Source: Heptranchias perlo
Lineage: Eukaryota
Direction of reading: 5' to 3'
NCBI RefSeq assembly: GCF_035084215.1
Contig: NC_090334.1
Span: 70,990,001-71,054,000, forward strand
Length of the DNA stretch: 64,000 bases
Position 1 is the stretch's first letter, and each line of letters starts with the position of its first letter. The position numbers and the translations under genes were made by a program. The notes below the pieces were generated by a model. That model was given only the letters and a program-made list of their open reading frames with translations. It searched no databases and was not told the origin of the DNA. This document shows positions 61,746 to 64,000 of this stretch, piece by piece.

Positions 61746-62669
61746 TGTATGGTAGTAAATTGGAATAGCTATTTTCAGTAAAATGATGAAGTTCCCCTTT
61801 AAGTGAACAATCTGTGTGTGAAACAAGCTGCTCCCAACATAACATCAACTCGGGCATTTCTACTGGCTCTCAGTTGAGGGCAGGGAAAATACATCATACA
61901 CTCCGGAAGGATGTCATCCACAGGAACATTCAAGCTCCGTTGTCAGTGGGAATACAAAGTACCGACAGTACTGCAGCCAAAAATTTTAAAGTTCCAGCCT
62001 AAGTATACACATAAAAGTCAATCAAAACTAATACTTTGTGAGGATGGATTATAAAAATGTCATTGATGTAGCTACCCTGATGACTCAGTTTGTAAATTTG
62101 ATGGGATGCAATTTTAATAACATTGAATGAGGATACATTCTTTTGGCTCTGATTAACCTGCATTATAAACTTGTGACCAACATACTCAGCTCTGAACCAT
62201 GTTATTTTTCTAAGTTGTCGTGGAAAAAAAATATTATATGAATCACACCCTTCCTGGAATTTTAACCCTGACACATAGGAAATCAGTAGGTTCCTGGCAA
62301 AGTCTGAAACAAAAAGTTTAAAGACTTACTGAACAGGACATCATACCTGGGAAGTGGGTTAAGCAATTATGTTAAAACTCATTATTTTCACCTATACAGA
62401 TGTCTCCAGCTTTTATTCCCCACAAGTACAGTCAATGTCTGCCAAATGAATAACCTGATTGCCACAAAATTTGATTAGCTTATCTGGGATTTTGAATTAT
62501 TTGCAAGTGTTTTCCTTTGCACGATTTCCTGCACATTGTTTATTTGTAATAAAACATTCCAAGTCTGCTGCAGTTACAGTTGAATCCTGATAAGCAGGTA
62601 ACTAGGCTGCCAGAAACATTTTTGGCTGGATCAGGCTTACACTTTGATAAGGATGTTTGTAAGAAAGGA

Positions 62670-63185
62670 ATTATTTGCATTTATTTGCATTTTTCAAGTC
62701 CTCACAATTTTTTTATGCTGTGTAGTCACTGTTCTAATGCAATAGAACATGACAGCTAAAATTGTATACATAATGGTGGCATGAACAGAAACTGGAGAAA
62801 TGACCAGTTAATCTGTTTCTGATGGTGTTAGCTGAGGAATAAATGTTGGCCAGGAAAGCTCCCCTGCTCTCCTTTGAATAGTGCCATGGGATTCTTTATG
62901 GCCACCTGAACATAGATTACAATGTGGAAAGAGGTTGTTTATCCCAACCAGTCTGTGTCGCCATTTACCCTCCACACGAGCAAATAGTCCTAATCACATT
63001 TACCCATCTTGTTCCCGCATCCCTTCATCCATCAGGCAGATGGGGCCCTAGTCTAACAAAAGATGGCACCTTTGACTGTGCAGCACTCCCTCAGTAATGC
63101 ACCAAGGTGCCAACCTGGATTGTGTGCTGAAATCCTGGAGTGGGGTTTCTCAGAATGAGAGTGCTACTGACTGAGCCAAGCTCAC
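62670..63185 (-). mobile_element. Degenerate tRNA-headed Deu SINE with an internal insertion (~62915-63030)
   Basis: Reverse complement of the Deu core (GTGCCATGGGATT, GCAGCACTCCCTCAGTAATGCA) and head (GAGTGCTACTGACTGAGCCA). Confidence 0.65.
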
Positions 63186-63894
63186 ACATGTGCCGTAAGA
63201 GCATAGAGCAGCCTATCTGTAATTCTTTGTGTCACAGCTCAATTATCAATTTGTTTCGATCTGCATTCTCATCTTTGTTTTTTCTGTTTTTCTGAAGGAT
63301 GATGTTTTTTCTGTTTTTCTGTTTTTTTCTTAGTTTTTATCTCTCTATCTTTGTCTTCCTAGATTTCCCTCTCTCACCTTTTGCTGCTCAAACTTTTTTT
63401 TAATTCTCTCTCTGTCTCTCTCTCTCTGCTGTGCTGAGAGAGCCCTAATTTTTTGTTGTTGTGAATTTTGTGCTAATCAAGGTGAGGCACGTTAGCGTCG
63501 GTCAGGCATTGAGCGTTAATTGTCATTAAGCACTTCAGGTTAAAACTGCCTCGACTCTGCCCTAACAATTTGCCTCAGTTCCAACCTCATGGGAGCACCT
63601 GTATATCACCAATGTAATATTTCTATTTCCACACATCAGCCATTCTGTGAGCTTTCAATATAAAATTGCCAATTAGGGGTAGTTTTGTACAATGGGTCCT
63701 TGCCCAATAGGGACTGGACGATGACTGAAGAAAGTCATAGGATCTTTACAGCCAATACGCAAATAACTTTCATCCCATTAGTCCAGGCTGGATTTGAACC
63801 CAGGGTCCTGAAGTTAAAAGCCAGTGTCTAACCCGCTCCACACTCACTGCATCAGTTCCCTGCCCAGGATTTTACTGAGACAATACATCATTCT

Positions 63895-64000
63895 ATCATG
63901 TTCCCCTCCAAGTCACACACCATCCTGACTTGGAAATATATCGACGTTCCTTCATCGTCGCTGGGTCAAAATCCTGGAACTTCCTACCTAACAACACTGT
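63895..64000 (+). mobile_element. LINE family B 3' fragment running off the window
   Basis: HVPLQVTHHPDLEIYRRSFIVAGSKSWN. Confidence 0.85.

Overview
Repeat-dense vertebrate non-coding DNA. The repeat families (CR1 LINEs with an SGNH-esterase ORF1, Deu-domain tRNA SINEs, L2 tails, Penelope-like elements, Harbinger derivatives) point to a cartilaginous fish such as a shark; this is an inference. I found no intact host protein-coding gene. The first ~950 bp look like the end of a + strand 3' UTR, and nearly all long ORFs are transposon-derived. Main structures: (1) an internally deleted Harbinger transposon with a Myb/SANT exon (2286-3969); (2) a full-length CR1 (about 8160-17497) carrying three nested insertions; (3) two fold-back Penelope-like elements with GIY-YIG/RT sequence and minimal hammerhead ribozymes; (4) a solo LTR with a 4-bp TSD, split by a CR1; (5) many copies of a second LINE ('family B'). 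The full-length family B copy (46873-50108, 5-bp TSD) has no ORF1, starts with a tRNA-like A-box/B-box head, and has only one TTTT on its sense strand in ~3.2 kb. That makes it a candidate RNA polymerase III-transcribed autonomous LINE, and an internal-deletion SINE-like derivative is also present in the window. Boundaries were read by eye and are approximate for old copies. No database searches were run.
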